A DNA stretch of 61,913 nucleotides, the filler included, from Sphacelaria rigidula (Eukaryota): NCBI GenBank assembly GCA_964200075.2. It is 11 parts of 11 records of this genome, joined end to end, with 100 filler letters (N's around TTAATTAATTAA, not from the genome) between each part and the next. Parts side by side here need not be neighbours in the genome. Positions count along the whole stretch, not along the records: positions 33,829 to 39,365 come from CAXNAA020026521.1; positions 39,466 to 45,002 come from CAXNAA020026522.1; positions 45,103 to 50,639 come from CAXNAA020026523.1; 8 more parts are not named here. One strand, written 5' to 3'. Shown here in pieces: positions 35,025 through 48,100 of this stretch. Within the stretch, counting starts at the first letter, position 1, and every line of letters starts with the position of its first letter. Position numbers and translations under genes: made by a program. Under the pieces are notes generated by a model. That model saw nothing but the letters and a program-made list of their open reading frames with translations. It had not been told where the DNA came from and did not search any database.

Positions 35025-36478
35025 GGAACACATGTGCTTGATGCTGACAACAGGATGCGCACAGCACCATGATTAGCGCTGCGCTGTGATTTGCTGGATC
35101 AAGCAGGGCCGTTTTATATCGATTTGTACACAAAACTATAATGTTCTCAGGTTGCCGATTACCTCTCCACTTCATCCTCCGCGCGTATTTCCGACTACGG
35201 CTCGACATTTCCGACTCATGTGTACAATTCACAGGGTTAGATCGCCACTTTTGCCCATTTCAAGTTCTAACTCTAACGTCGGGGCACCGCGATATCCAAC
35301 GATTTCGGAGCAATCTCCCCATACTGAATTGATAAGTTGCTAGATTGATTATCATACATGACCTGCTTCCCGAGGGATGTATTTATTAACGAGCGTGGAC
35401 ACAAGATAAACGTAGGTACCCCCCCCAAAAACCCCGAAACGCTCCCTGCAGGAAACTCGAAAGAGGGAGAAGACGAAGAAAGAAAAATATAACTCGAGAA
35501 GCAGTCAAGTTAATAATATAGTTCGCAGCAAGGAATCTTGTGTATAGTGTATAGCTTTGCTCGCTCGTCGAAGGCCTATCCCTGAGTTTCCTACGAAATC
35601 TGAATCGAAGCTTCACACCAGTAAACCGATACACAATGGCCGTACCATTGTGAGCGAGGCTTTCAATCATGTTATAGATCCAGTCGACCGATTATTCTTC
35701 GATTGGATGTTGAAATTTGACTGGTCCCAGCCAAAGAGATGAAAAAGCGTCGCGGGCAGTTCCTCTGCGGGCTTTAAACCTTACGATGCGAAAGTTTGCA
35801 TACCCCAAAGCCAAGTAACACATTACTTCGGTCAAGGCGCATTTGAATCATTAAGCCACGACATCTCGATATTAGCAAGGGTTTTCACGGGACGACACGA
35901 CGGGATGCGACCGAGCGGGATGGCTTTTCCCCCGTTGCCTGAAGAAACGACTTGGTCAGACGGGTATTTTCCCGTTGTCTGGAAAAACAATGGGACGGAC
36001 TATCCCGTAATCGCGCGAATAATGAGCCTGGTCCCGGGAGATCCCGGCCCGATCCAATTCGCCTTCACGGGAAATAAGAACCCCGTTCAGTGGCATCCCG
36101 CCCCGTCCGTTTTTGTGCCCTCGTCACGCCGGCACGAGGAAGTGTGCATGGAGATTCCCCGAAACAAACGCAACGAGACTAAATGTTTCTGGCACCAATT
36201 CCTCGACGCACCAAAGATACGGCAACCTTGCGGTTGCACACACAGCAAGGGGCAACAACGCCCCAAACGAACGACAACAATAGCAACCAACGACACACTG
36301 GCACCCAACGTAATATCGACAAAGAGTAAACACCCGTTCAAAAATTTTATATCTCCGAGGTTAGGAGGCTCACAAGAGAGCTTCTCAGAGAGCAACAAAA
36401 CTCCCACGATTTACGCGGGTTCCACAGAGTCGAACGTCAAAATTAAGAAGTCACGACCTTGGCTTCCTGAGGTGCGCA

Positions 36479-37963
36479 TCAAACACTACATGCTACTGGT
36501 ACATTCAACCATAAAACAACACTGCGGTAGGTAGGTATGGCTATTACCTTTGAATCATTCTGGTCATCCTTCTCCAGCACGTGCATGAGCCAATCACGCA
36601 GCACCGTGTTGTCGGCGCCTCGCCCGAGCGTCAGAGAGTTTTGCTCCTTTGCCTCTTCGACTCCCAGTGCATCGTCGACTCCTTTGTCCCCTTTCATGTC
36701 GTCCACACCTCTGCTGCCATCCTCTTTTCCAAACTCCCCGATATTGGCCCGCTGGAAAAGGCTCGGTCGCCGAAAGCACCCCAACGGCGTAGGAGCCTCA
36801 ATGCGATGTGGATCTGCTGGCGATTCTTTGGCCACTATCACTGCACGTGATACTGCTCTGCTCAGTGCTTTGCTGCCACTAACTTCTTGGCTATTGTTAC
36901 TGAGGAACGTTTCGGACGTGGAATCGAGGTCGTTGGAGACTACACTTTCTCCGCCTAAAGTTCTGCCCCCTAGACTGTGCGATTTTATCCCTATCGTTAG
37001 GGCGGGTGGAAGTTCTTCCATGCTCGGGACAACATACTCTACGCTGATACTGCGAGGTGCTACCGGTATGTCTTCTTGATTTGCTCTGTCGTAGAGGCTG
37101 AGTTTGCGGAGGCTAGTCTGACCCGCTATTTGCGCATTTGCTTTCCCCACTTCGTCGGAAGATGCGCCCTCTCCTTTTTCGAATCCGTTTGTGCCCTCCC
37201 GTTCAATAACATTAGCTTGGCGTGCTTCGCTAGACACACTCAAGTCTCGCCCAATAGTAACTGGGGCTTCGAATTCGTTTGTTCCTTCCCCTTCAGCAGC
37301 TTGACATCCTTCGCTCGTCACACTCGAGTCTCGTTCAATACTGCCTGGGACTTTGGATCCGTTTGTGCCTGCCCCTACAGTAGCTTGGCGTGCTTCGCTA
37401 GACACACTCAAGTCTCGCTCAATTGTGCCTGGGGCTTCGAATTCGTTTGTTCCTTTCCCTTCAGCAGCTTGACATCCTTCGCTAGACACACTCGAGTCTC
37501 GTTCAATACTGCCTGGGACTTCGGATCCGTTTGTGCCTGCCCCTACAATAGCTTGGCGTGCTTCGCTAGACATCCCCAAGCCTCGGTCAGAAGTGACTGG
37601 GACTTCGAATTCGTTTGTGCCCGCGCCTACAGTAGCTTGGCGCGCTTCGCTAGGCACTCTCGAAGCTCGTCCAATAGTGTCTGGGACTTCGAATCTATTT
37701 GTGCCCGCCCCTATAGTAGCTTGGAGTGTTTCGCTAGACGCTGTCAAGACCCGCTCAATCTTGTCTGCGACTTTCGCTGCGTGTGTCCGTCCGCGGCGCG
37801 CTGCCGGGACGGCCGACTTGTCTCCATGGCCATCGTCGTCAGATAGGACTTCAGGTTGGCTCTGGGGCGATAGGCTAGTCCGTTCCAAAGATTCAATACT
37901 TCCCGGCGAGTGTGCGCCATCTGTACCATCACGCTTCCGTCGAGGGTAACCTTTTTGCGCCAT
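36479..37963 (-). CDS. 494-aa ORF (possibly a large first exon ending at 36548) with about 7 tandem 28-aa repeats; function unknown
   Basis: 1.48-kb uninterrupted frame; 84-bp units; candidate in-frame donor AAG|GTAAT at 36548/36547. Confidence 0.6.
   Translation of the reverse strand: MAQKGYPRRKRDGTDGAHSPGSIESLERTSLSPQSQPEVLSDDDGHGDKSAVPAARRGRTHAAKVADKIERVLTASSETLQATIGAGTNRFEVPDTIGRASRVPSEARQATVGAGTNEFEVPVTSDRGLGMSSEARQAIVGAGTNGSEVPGSIERDSSVSSEGCQAAEGKGTNEFEAPGTIERDLSVSSEARQATVGAGTNGSKVPGSIERDSSVTSEGCQAAEGEGTNEFEAPVTIGRDLSVSSEARQANVIEREGTNGFEKGEGASSDEVGKANAQIAGQTSLRKLSLYDRANQEDIPVAPRSISVEYVVPSMEELPPALTIGIKSHSLGGRTLGGESVVSNDLDSTSETFLSNNSQEVSGSKALSRAVSRAVIVAKESPADPHRIEAPTPLGCFRRPSLFQRANIGEFGKEDGSRGVDDMKGDKGVDDALGVEEAKEQNSLTLGRGADNTVLRDWLMHVLEKDDQNDSKVIAIPTYRSVVLWLNVPVACSV
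37180..37740 (-). repeat. 84-bp coding minisatellite with a 168-bp higher-order duplication
   Basis: TTCGCT(A/C)G recurs every 84 bp (37226, 37310, ...); units SSEARQA...GTN and SEGCQAAEG...GTN alternate. Confidence 0.9.
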
Positions 37964-39232
37964 TCATGCCGTAGGGTGGTGTATATACTCGACACGAGTC
38001 AATACTGCCCTGCCTGAGAACCGTACATGTACGTAGTATCGTCCGCTCGTCTACAAGGTCGTTTATAGGATTATACGGAACTGACGGTTTCAAAATGGAA
38101 AATGACTCATTATTAAAAGACGTCGTAAGCTGGCGGTTGCAGTGAGGAAGCAAAAACAAAAGAAGCAAACGTGCGAATCGAGGCAAGCGCAAGCAAGCAC
38201 GCGTGGTGATCAGAGCCAGGCCTGTTGGACAAAACGTCAAACATACCATAGGTCTCATCAGGACTAAAGATTCCTGCCTCCAGGAGTTGACTAGGATCCG
38301 TAAGGATCTTCTTAGACATATCGGCACCGAGCTTGTCCCATGGGAATCATGAACAGCACGGGTGTTCTGCTGTCTTTGTGCTGCCTTGTGCCGTGCGCAA
38401 GAGCTTTCTTCGCTGCACCGCCAAGCTTAGGTATGCAGTAGCACACAGAGAATTCCCGGCGAAAATTCTTGTAGAGGAAATCCACAGCGTCAACTAGCGT
38501 GGTGGAGTCCAAGCTTGCTTGTACGTGTCGCATCTCGAGCTAGAGAATCTATACGGCACATGAACGAAGCAGTGCTACATGACGGGGAATAACACCCCCG
38601 GAAGACGACCACATGTTCATCTCTGATTTTCTCGACAAGTAAGACCGACCTTGTACAGTGGAAAATGAGCTTCAATAAAAGGTGTTCAATACGTATTTCT
38701 CAAAAAAACGCTTCCGCAGACGAGGCCACAATGCGGAAGTGGATTTTGATAAACTTGTCTATTGTGGGTTATACTCTGTCGTCTACCATACATGCGCAGA
38801 CTGTCACTAGAGTACACTACAACAACTGCTATCTAGTGAAACAATGCGGAGAGTAGTCTATGGCGCAGAGAGAAGGCCGTGTATTGGTATGCCCTGCCTC
38901 AATTCGCCATGATCCTCTAACTCCACCTCTCTGCGCATGCGTTTCACTGACTAACAGGTCTCCCACCCGCGTCACCCAACACCCACGGTTTGAAACACTG
39001 CGTTCCACATCCCGTGAAGCCTCGTTACACGACGGTAGGTACCTAGAGTCAATATGATACACGGGACAGTGTTGCAGTCGTCCTGACCATATTCTATTGT
39101 ACATCCCGCCATGCGGGTTCCAGCATAAGCTACGTTTTTTTCCAGTTGCTTTCAATTTTTGCCAAATTATGCACTCCCGCCCTTCATCCAGCTTGGGGCG
39201 GGCAGGGAGGGGTAGGGAAAACCTCATGAATC

Positions 39233-39233
<1 letters not shown>

Positions 39234-39261
<28 letters not shown>
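39234..39261. repeat. (GATT)7, probable non-LTR element 3' tail
   Basis: Read directly; preceded by a G-rich stretch. Confidence 0.85.
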
Positions 39262-39263
<2 letters not shown>

Positions 39264-39275
39264 CGCACTTTAAGC

Positions 39276-39365
39276 CGGTCGCCGCGGTGGCTCAGTTTGT
39301 AATCTCGTAACCTTTTGATGGTTGAGTTGTGGGGTTCAATTCCCGGAGCGATCTGGGATTTTTTC
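39276..39365 (+). mobile_element. SINE S1 head at contig end
   Basis: GGTCGCCGCGGTGGCTCAGTTTG...GGGGTTCAATTCCCGGAGCGATCTGGG matches the 299 copy. Confidence 0.75.
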
Positions 39366-40217
39366 NNNNNNNNNNNNNNNNNNNNNNNNNNNNNNNNNNN
39401 NNNNNNNNNTTAATTAATTAANNNNNNNNNNNNNNNNNNNNNNNNNNNNNNNNNNNNNNNNNNNNAATGAGTTGCTTTATTTTGTGGTATCGAAACTTCC
39501 AGAGACAACCACGGCTTTTACACTGCCTCATGGGCGGGGGGGGCGGGGGGAGGCATAAGCTGAGGCTATACATACAGCGCAGCTTATGTTGGTGTTTGTA
39601 GGATCATCACCACTCTATACTCTGCACCACCACGGGTGAGCCAACTTTGAAAGAGCCGTTGGAGTGTGCAACGGATTTCGTTCGAGAGTCCTCTTCACGG
39701 ACGGCTGATATTTCATTCCATTAATTTACAGTAATCCTCTCACACAAAAGATGTTGAAGACATCGCGCGAAATGGGCGAACGTAGTCATCATCAGCTGCA
39801 CGCGAGCCTGCACGTTGTCTCTACAGCAGTGTTGGGCATCTGCGGGCAGGTGGCGACCTCTGGCTTATGGCGACAGAGGCTGAAAACGTCTGTCACGTCA
39901 CTATACAATTTCGACGTCTCCAACACGCGCATCAAGAGCACGCCACACCTCTGCAATCTCGTCGATCACGGATATCATCAACAGGGCGTTCAATCTTCCA
40001 AGGTATTTGATGCTCAAAAGCATAACGTTTACCTGTCGAACCCGACCCCAAAACTGTGACAACCCAAGGGAAACCAATATCACCCCCGTTACGCACTTCT
40101 CCGTCATTTTTTGCAGAGAAGCTCTCAATATGCTGTACAATTTTCACTGGTGCCAGGTATTAATAGAAAACTTATCGAAGACAAAACACCCCGCCCCGTC
40201 CCCGTAACACACGGCAC

Positions 40218-40772
40218 CTGCTGCGGCCGAACCCGCACACGCCGGTTAGGCTTGAGCGGCTTTCGCTTCGACTCGGCCAGAGCCTGCGCCTTGTCCCATT
40301 TCTTCCCCATGTTCAACGTGCGCCAGCGTCGCGCCCTCCTCGGCACCTGATCCCCCAGCCTCTCCAACTCCGCCTCATAAACTGTATTCTTAGACGCCAG
40401 CTGAGAAATCTCCTGCTGCCCCTCACGAACGCCATCGTCGGTAGCTTCTCCGGTCTTATCGCAGTCGCCGCTGATGGCCGTTCCGTCATCGACGGCCGCA
40501 GGGGCCTGCCTGGCCGGGGACACCTCACCCCAATCCTGACCGCTAGCAAAGGCATCCAATGCGTTGATTACAGCCTTCGAGGACTCGCGTTGCATGAGGA
40601 GAAGGGGGGAAGGTCTCTCGTCCCGGTGGATCATTTCGTTGCTGCTGCCCGGCGGCGCCTGGAGCTTGTGCCCCACGCCTCGGCGAAGGTAGGATGCTAC
40701 CATACCCTGTCGGGCGCCCGCTAGGCCCTCGGGGAAGAGAGAGGCTCTTTCGTCCATCCGTAAGTCTACAAA
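40218..40772 (-). CDS. Probable 555-nt internal exon of an unidentified host gene
   Basis: GC-rich open frame within ORF 40125-40829; CCCAG|TTT acceptor and CAG|GTGCC donor give phase 0/0; coiled-coil-like and basic segments. Confidence 0.5.
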
Positions 40773-43700
40773 CTGGGTACGAGGGAGGGGGTCATCATGG
40801 GTTCGGGAAAATAAGTACGTTGACTTCATTCACCCCAACGGAGGGGGCGTATGGGGAATGCTCTCACGGGTCTAGCGATTTATTGTTTTGGTGGCTTATT
40901 GCGTAAAATACATGATAATTTAAATATTTTGCTGCTCAGGGCCATTCCTTACAATGGAGAACATGATCATTTATAGGGTATTTCATAAGACTGGTGTTAT
41001 AGTTATCCTTTTCACGTGTCCATGTCCCTGAAGCGGTTTAAAGATGTTCCAGTGAGACTTGTGCCGAATTCAGAAATGGTTATATTCTCGACATGAACGA
41101 TCGTGTCTGTTCCGAGTGATGATGTGCTTTCGTACCGACCGGGTCGGTCCATCCCAATTTTTAAAATATCGAAATATCGGCGTAAATAAATATCCCCTCG
41201 CGGCACGCTCTCAAATGTGGCACGACAGTAGCCCTTATTTCGGCCTTTACTTGAGCCACACTAATTACAGAACGTGCCTCTTTGTGCGGTGGGTGATATC
41301 GACCTAGGACACTACTCACAGCCTTGGGTTTTTCAACAACTAAACTTTGGGATCAGCAAAGCGACGAATCTGGAACTGCGGTGCTGGTGTGACTGTATCG
41401 AGCCTGCTTCCCAAAGGAGGCATCCTGGCGTTCAGGGGGACCATTGGACTCTGTGGCGGATGTTGTATTGATTGTTGTCTGTTCTACCGGCCGCCTGCAA
41501 GTACAGACAGTAGTACAGTGTGTCAGGACACAGTGCATCACTGCAGTACCTCAGCTGCGGTTCATAAATCTAGCGTAGCAACCCTGCGGCCCAGGATTTA
41601 TTTTCAATTTTTCATGTTCTTCCTTTCTTGTCGTGACGATAGGGCGTCAGGTGTAGGACCTAGATATTTTAGTTGGGGGAATTTATCGTTCCCCAAACCC
41701 TTAACCTTAACCCCAGGTCGGGTCCGTTTTCCATCCCGAAACTGTCCATCATTAGGGTATATGTATTGGCTTTGTATTCTTCAGCCATTGATTTCAGCTG
41801 TTTCCTTGTTTCGATAACTTTCTTGAGGATTGTTTTATGCAATTGTCCTTTTCGAATGGTTCCCCCATACTTACTTCACGGCTCGGTGCACATGTGTATA
41901 CACGAGCAAAAACATTAAGGTGAGGTAATACAGCATCCCACCAGCTTTGCTGGATCCTAGTACTTACAGAACAATACGAATCTTACATTACGAGATTAAT
42001 GGAATCGCAATGTTGAACAGCCACTTTTGTCTACAGCATGCTCAGGAGATCGTCCACGCCGTTCCGTCCAGTGGGTAGTCGAGGAGTCGCGCCCGTTAAA
42101 AACGACAAGCTAGCAACCTGACCTGAGCACGTGCATGGACGACTGCTGCAATCAAAGGCCGTAGTATCGCACACTCACTAGACGACGCAGTACGCAATGT
42201 ACACAATGCATCAAAGAGAGCGCGGCACCGGTCCCACGTGGATGGTCCCTACACCATAATTTAAAATATTCAAAACAAATAGCTAGTCTCAAGTCAAATG
42301 AGCATCTGTCCGAGCACAATGTACACAAGTAGAGCAGCACAAGATCCTGCCAATCATGTTACAATAGTCAAAACGCCATAACACGACACCCTTGGTGAGT
42401 TACAGAAAGCGATTGGGTTCCATCGAAAGCTATGAACGAGCGGAACAACTTCTTGTACAGCACCGGGGGTTGATTCTCGGCATCGAAAGCGATATGCGTC
42501 CTTTTCAGCCAACCTGAAGTAGATGCTCACGCTCACCACCACCTTCCTCTCGCCATGGATAGGTACCGTGTGCTCAGATTACAGAATGACGAAGGTCTTC
42601 AAGATGGTGTTACTCCATAGCCGCGATAAGATACACTCCAAACGCCATTTCCATGGAAACACACCGTTCCGGGTCATAAATTGGTCATATGGGATCAGCT
42701 GAAGACTCTTTATGCTGGTCGCGCTAAAACTCATCAAACGCCCCGAACACAGCCGCCGCGGAGAAGCGGACCAATATAAATTCGAAATCCGACGTTCAGA
42801 GTTCGTGCAAGGCCGTCTCTACGACGGCGCAGGAAACAACGGTTATCAGCACGGCAAAGACGGACCATTGTCTTAGGTTCTACACGCGCAAATGGTGAAC
42901 AACGCAAGCAGAGTACCGTCGACAAGTAAACGCCATGACTCAGGGGGTGCGGGGTGGTCATGAAGAGGAGAAGCGCTCTATCGGCACTGGCTGTCGTTCT
43001 GCTACAGCAGTACGTACAGTAGTCAGTGTGGACCAGGACGCCGCGGAGCCGCAAACAAACAGTTCGCCGGCACCACGTAAACGGCGCACCTTAGTCACCA
43101 GCGCGCAGGCAGCTGAGGTGAGCCAATGCCCACCGCCAGTGTGAGCACAGTGTGACCGTTGTCTACAGTACAAGCCACAACACGGAGAGAGGCCGAGGAT
43201 ACGAAAATGTTCCGCGAAATATATGTTGCACTGCTCAAACCCATCCCTCCCTGTGGTGCATTACGTGAACGTAGGATTCGGCACTACATGGTACTACAAG
43301 AAAAGCTTCACGAGAATAGTTCTTGATCGGCTGGCACTACATGAAAAGTCCACTACCCATGGTATCGGCACCGAGAGCGCGGCTTGTGATTCATTCTTGT
43401 TGGAACATAACACCGTGCTGTGTGTGGGCCGTTGTCCGGGCGCTCCATAGTTGACGTTGTCCGAGAACATGCGCTATCCCATCATCGGGTTGCAATACAG
43501 CACAGCAAGGATGGTCGCATTCATCCCCATCAACCGGCGAGACCCATGGCGAGAACCCTGCATAACACTAATCCCAGTGCCAAAGTTCCAAGGCTTCACG
43601 CAACAACTCTCACCGCACCTCGTCTGGAGGCCCATCCTGCTCCTGCGAATGTAGTACGGGCAGCTGGGATGCGAACCATCTCCTACCGACAAGTCCCCCA

Positions 43701-45102
43701 TCTGCCGCCACCGCCCACGCCGCTGGCTCTACCGGCGCAGCAGCACCATCCGCATTGCTGCCACTACTGCCCATCACGCCGAACCCACCACGCCCTCGGA
43801 TATGAGCTAAGCTTCTGCTCCTTGCAGTGGACGATGAGAGTCGCGCAAGCACCGCCTGTGGGCCGACGGCAGCCGCTGGTGTGATAGTACGGCCGCTGGC
43901 GGCTGGGTGTGCGGCACCCGTTGCACTGAGGATGGCATAGTACTGAACTTCAAGGAAAAATTGCCCACCACTTCGTCCACGAAGCACCCCCGCCCTCGAT
44001 GCCATGGTGTGAACGGATTGCCTAGAGCTCCACCGCACCGAGCCTATCGGACAGAGGGTCTGCTGGGGTATGACAATAGCATGTAGGGTATAATTAAGTG
44101 ATTTCCGGTAGTTTACTTCCTTGTCAGTGACTGCACACCCTCTGATGTGCAATGTTTTGTGTTGATGCTTAAAACTTTCATTATTATAAAATTCAATATC
44201 CTACATGATTTTATTCATGGTCGAGATACAGGGTGGAATCTCTGCGACGACAATCGTCGGTGAGTGTTGGACCGCTTGGCAAACGGGACGTCATTCCCTG
44301 GTAATCAAGTATGGTAACGAAAACCACACATTTGAGAGTCTGTCCGACAACTGGGTGTCTTTATACCGCCTCTGCAGCTGGGGTCTCGAGGTACAACCTG
44401 GGGAGTGCTGATTGTGGTTTAGTTCTGGAAGGGGACGGACATCATCATCTTGAGGGAAAGTGCTGAAATATCTAGTGATCGTCAGGGTGCACCAGGAGAA
44501 ACTCTGGGAGTGCAGCCCGGGAGCCAGGGCCAAGACACACCATGTCGATTGCACCCATCTCTCAGTTCTTCATCCTGTCGCCCAGGGGCGACACCATCAT
44601 ATCCAAGGACTACCGTGGGGACGTTGCGGCAGGGTTGACGGATACGTTCTTTCGTAAGGTAAAGTTGTGCTAGGGGTACAAATGATACTGACGGTAGATG
44701 GGCGATGTTCTCAATGCTTCTTGTACCATAATTGCTTGTCTTGTACTGTCGGTAGTTGAGAGAGAGGCGCGGCGGAATTCGAGCGTTCTGGCGGACGAGT
44801 GTACCCCGTCCGCGTACGTAGCGAGTGGAATTCTTTGTGCACAAGCCCTGTGTGCAACTGCCCTCGTGTATGCATGCATGTCTCGGCGGAAAAGGGGTGG
44901 ATGGGTGGGGTGGGGGGGGGGGGGGGGGGCCCCCCTTGGGGGTGAAGACAGAAGGTTTGAAGCGGGGCCAACCAGTCTTGCGCGCGAAGAAAAAAAATGA
45001 TTNNNNNNNNNNNNNNNNNNNNNNNNNNNNNNNNNNNNNNNNNNNNTTAATTAATTAANNNNNNNNNNNNNNNNNNNNNNNNNNNNNNNNNNNNNNNNNN
45101 NN

Positions 45103-48100
45103 CACGGACCAGTCCACGTCGCCATCAATTTAGGCGTAACTCCCGGGCGACGCACGCGTGCATACAAAACATAATCGCCTACCTCCAAATTCGGCAATCC
45201 CAGCCACGACGAGGATTCCTCACGTCCACGTGCACGTTCAGCGGCAACACGTTTCTGCACTTGGACGTGGAAACGTGCTTGCAAGTCCAAGACTCCTTGC
45301 AATGCACACTGAATTTGAACATCGTCCAAAACATCACACTTCCATTCCCCCGCCGACGTAGACGCCAACACCGAGAAAGACGTCCGAGGAGCACGACCAA
45401 ACATCACGTGGTACGGTGTACTATCGTAACGACGACGATACGCTGTATTGGGCGCCCATTGCACCGCCGGCAACACGTCCCCCCATTCGGAAACCGCTCT
45501 CCGCTGCTCGAGAAGAATAGAGCGAAGAGCACGAACTACCTCCTTGACCATGCGTTCGCACGTACCGTTAGACCACAGAGAATACGCTACCGCAAACCGG
45601 TGATCAACGCGCAAAGCCTCTGGCAATCGGGTCAACATCGCATTCTTAAAATGCGTGGCGGTATCACTCACCCACACACGGGGCACCCCCGAAGTTTTGC
45701 ACCAATTCAGCAAAAGATGCAGCGGTCAACTCAGCAGTACACACTGCCACGGGTTCCAGAGCCACAAAGTTGCCCAAATCATCCATGAATGCCAAAATGT
45801 ATCGAAACCCAGCATCCTCCGACAAACGTTGGGGAGCTAGCGGGCCACTCTCGCCCACGTACAAGAAGTCATATTGAACGACTTCATTCGGCGTGGTCCA
45901 ATGGACCGTTTCGCCGACCGGGCGGGGAACAGCATTTCCCGCACTCGAATCAGCACAGTGAAGACACTGGCGGACAAATTCGCGCACACGAATTTCTACC
46001 CCCTGCCAGACACAAACCTCTTGCAAGCGCAAGAGCGTCGCAGCCACACCACGATGCCCAGCGTTGCGCATGTGCGCGCAAATCATCAAACGTACCTGCA
46101 ACTGCTTGTCACAACTCGGAATCCACAAAACGTTTCGGCCACGCACATGCACACGAAACAGGCCTTCATTGTCCAAGATAGCAGCACCAACGTCCGACTC
46201 GAAAGATTGCACATCCGCATCTTCGGATCCAAGGTCTTTTCGTTGCGCTTGGCGGACAACAGATTTGAAAGGCATCGAGTCATCAGGTTCACAAGGACCA
46301 TACACAGCCACAGCGCGCACAGGCTGTTGAATTTCAACTGTTGAATTTCGACTGTAGGCACCTCCATACAAACTACCCCAATGGCACTCAAATGCATTCG
46401 GAAACATTGACACCTGACAATCAGTACAAGGATGGAGCAGCGTCACGGCATGAGCCACCAAATCCTTCGCTGCCGCCCACGCCTGCAGCCTGCCCTCCGT
46501 CCACGATGCAGCTTTCTTCGGAAACGTCATATCCGGACTGGATCACCCCGCCTGCGAATTCCGTAACACCAACCCGAGCGCCAAAAGAGCCGCCATGCAC
46601 AACACCAACCAACTCGACTTCACCGGATTGTACCGCCACGGCTTTGCCTTCACCGTGGATGTCCCAGGTTTCAGCTTAACACGCATGGGCTCCACGCGCG
46701 CTGGGGGATCACCCCGCAGCGCACGACGAAACGCGTTGACGCGGAAATGCAATATGCCGCGCAGGCGCTTCGCTTTTGAGACGCTGAGGCCTTTCGCCAC
46801 AGCATCCGTCGCGCTCTCCTCCAGCGCGACCTTCCGAGCGAACTCCTCTTCCGCCCGGTCCATAAACATATCCGGGCCGCGCTCCACCGCCGCGTCCCGC
46901 TACTCGGTCCCTTGCCTGCCAGTCTCCTGAAGAGCATCCACCGACAAGCTCACGCGACGACTGCCCAAAAAGGCGTCCGTCTCCACGTGCGGACCAGGCG
47001 GAGGCAGCCGCGTATTGATGGAGTCCTTCAACCGCTTATACGGGTCGACTCCTAGATCCTGTAGCGTCGGCAGTCCCAGAAGAACAACGCCATCCGACCC
47101 TGGCATAGTCGCAAACGAGATCGGAGGCAACGGCGCCAGCCCCTAAGCAGTCTTGAAGGCTAGCTGCAACGGAACAGTACGCTCCGTGACTGACCCATGC
47201 TGACCTGACGCGGTGACTGCCTGCCGCGCCCCGAGCGGGAACGGAATGCGCAGCGGCAGACCCGGGAATTGACGCTCCAGCATCTCAACCATCTGCACCG
47301 GCAGACTAGTGAAATCAGCGCCAGAATCCAACACAGACCGAACCACACTTGCTGCTGTTGATTCAAAAGAAATAAATCCGCCGGAGTGTATCTGTCGGCA
47401 AGTTCCACGGGAGCTTCTTCCGCTGACCTATGCGCCGCTAATCCCACTTGACGCCACGGCTGCGCAAGTTGCGCAGGCCAAGACGCCCCGGCAGGTTCAA
47501 ACGGCACCGCCGGCGGGTACGCCCCCCAGCCAGCAGACCAAGAATTTGGCGATCCTTCAACCAGCACGTCAACCGGCGTCGCGCCTGGCGCTGCTGCCGG
47601 TGTCGCCATCGGCGCCACTACCTGCGCCGGCGCAGTGTTCGACTCTGTAGAAGTCGGGCCCACCTGCACCGCCCGCTGCGAAGCAACAGCACCTACGGCG
47701 GCGCCGGACCCAGAGCCAGGCCCATGCTGACGCCGCTGCCCCTGCTACTGCTGATTCTGCTGCTGCTGCGGCTGCTGCTGAGGGCTCGCCTGCGACCCTC
47801 CATCGCCGGAGGATCCGCCGCCGTCACCACGATTACCTCGTCTGTTGCCCTTGTGCTGACGATGCTGATGGCGCGTGGCACTAGAATGCCCAGACTCTCC
47901 ACCGGAAGACGTTGGGCCATCGCGCGCGTAATGGCCGACCTGGCCATAGCGGTAGCAAGTAATACTCGCAGCGCGACGAGCCGATTTCGAGCCATGGTTG
48001 CGCAAAGATTTCGGCGAGGAGATGGACGACTGGCCGAACACCTCTGTTTTCCGCCACTCCTTGGCCTCGGCCACGACGGTGCTCCACACGTGGACAGATA

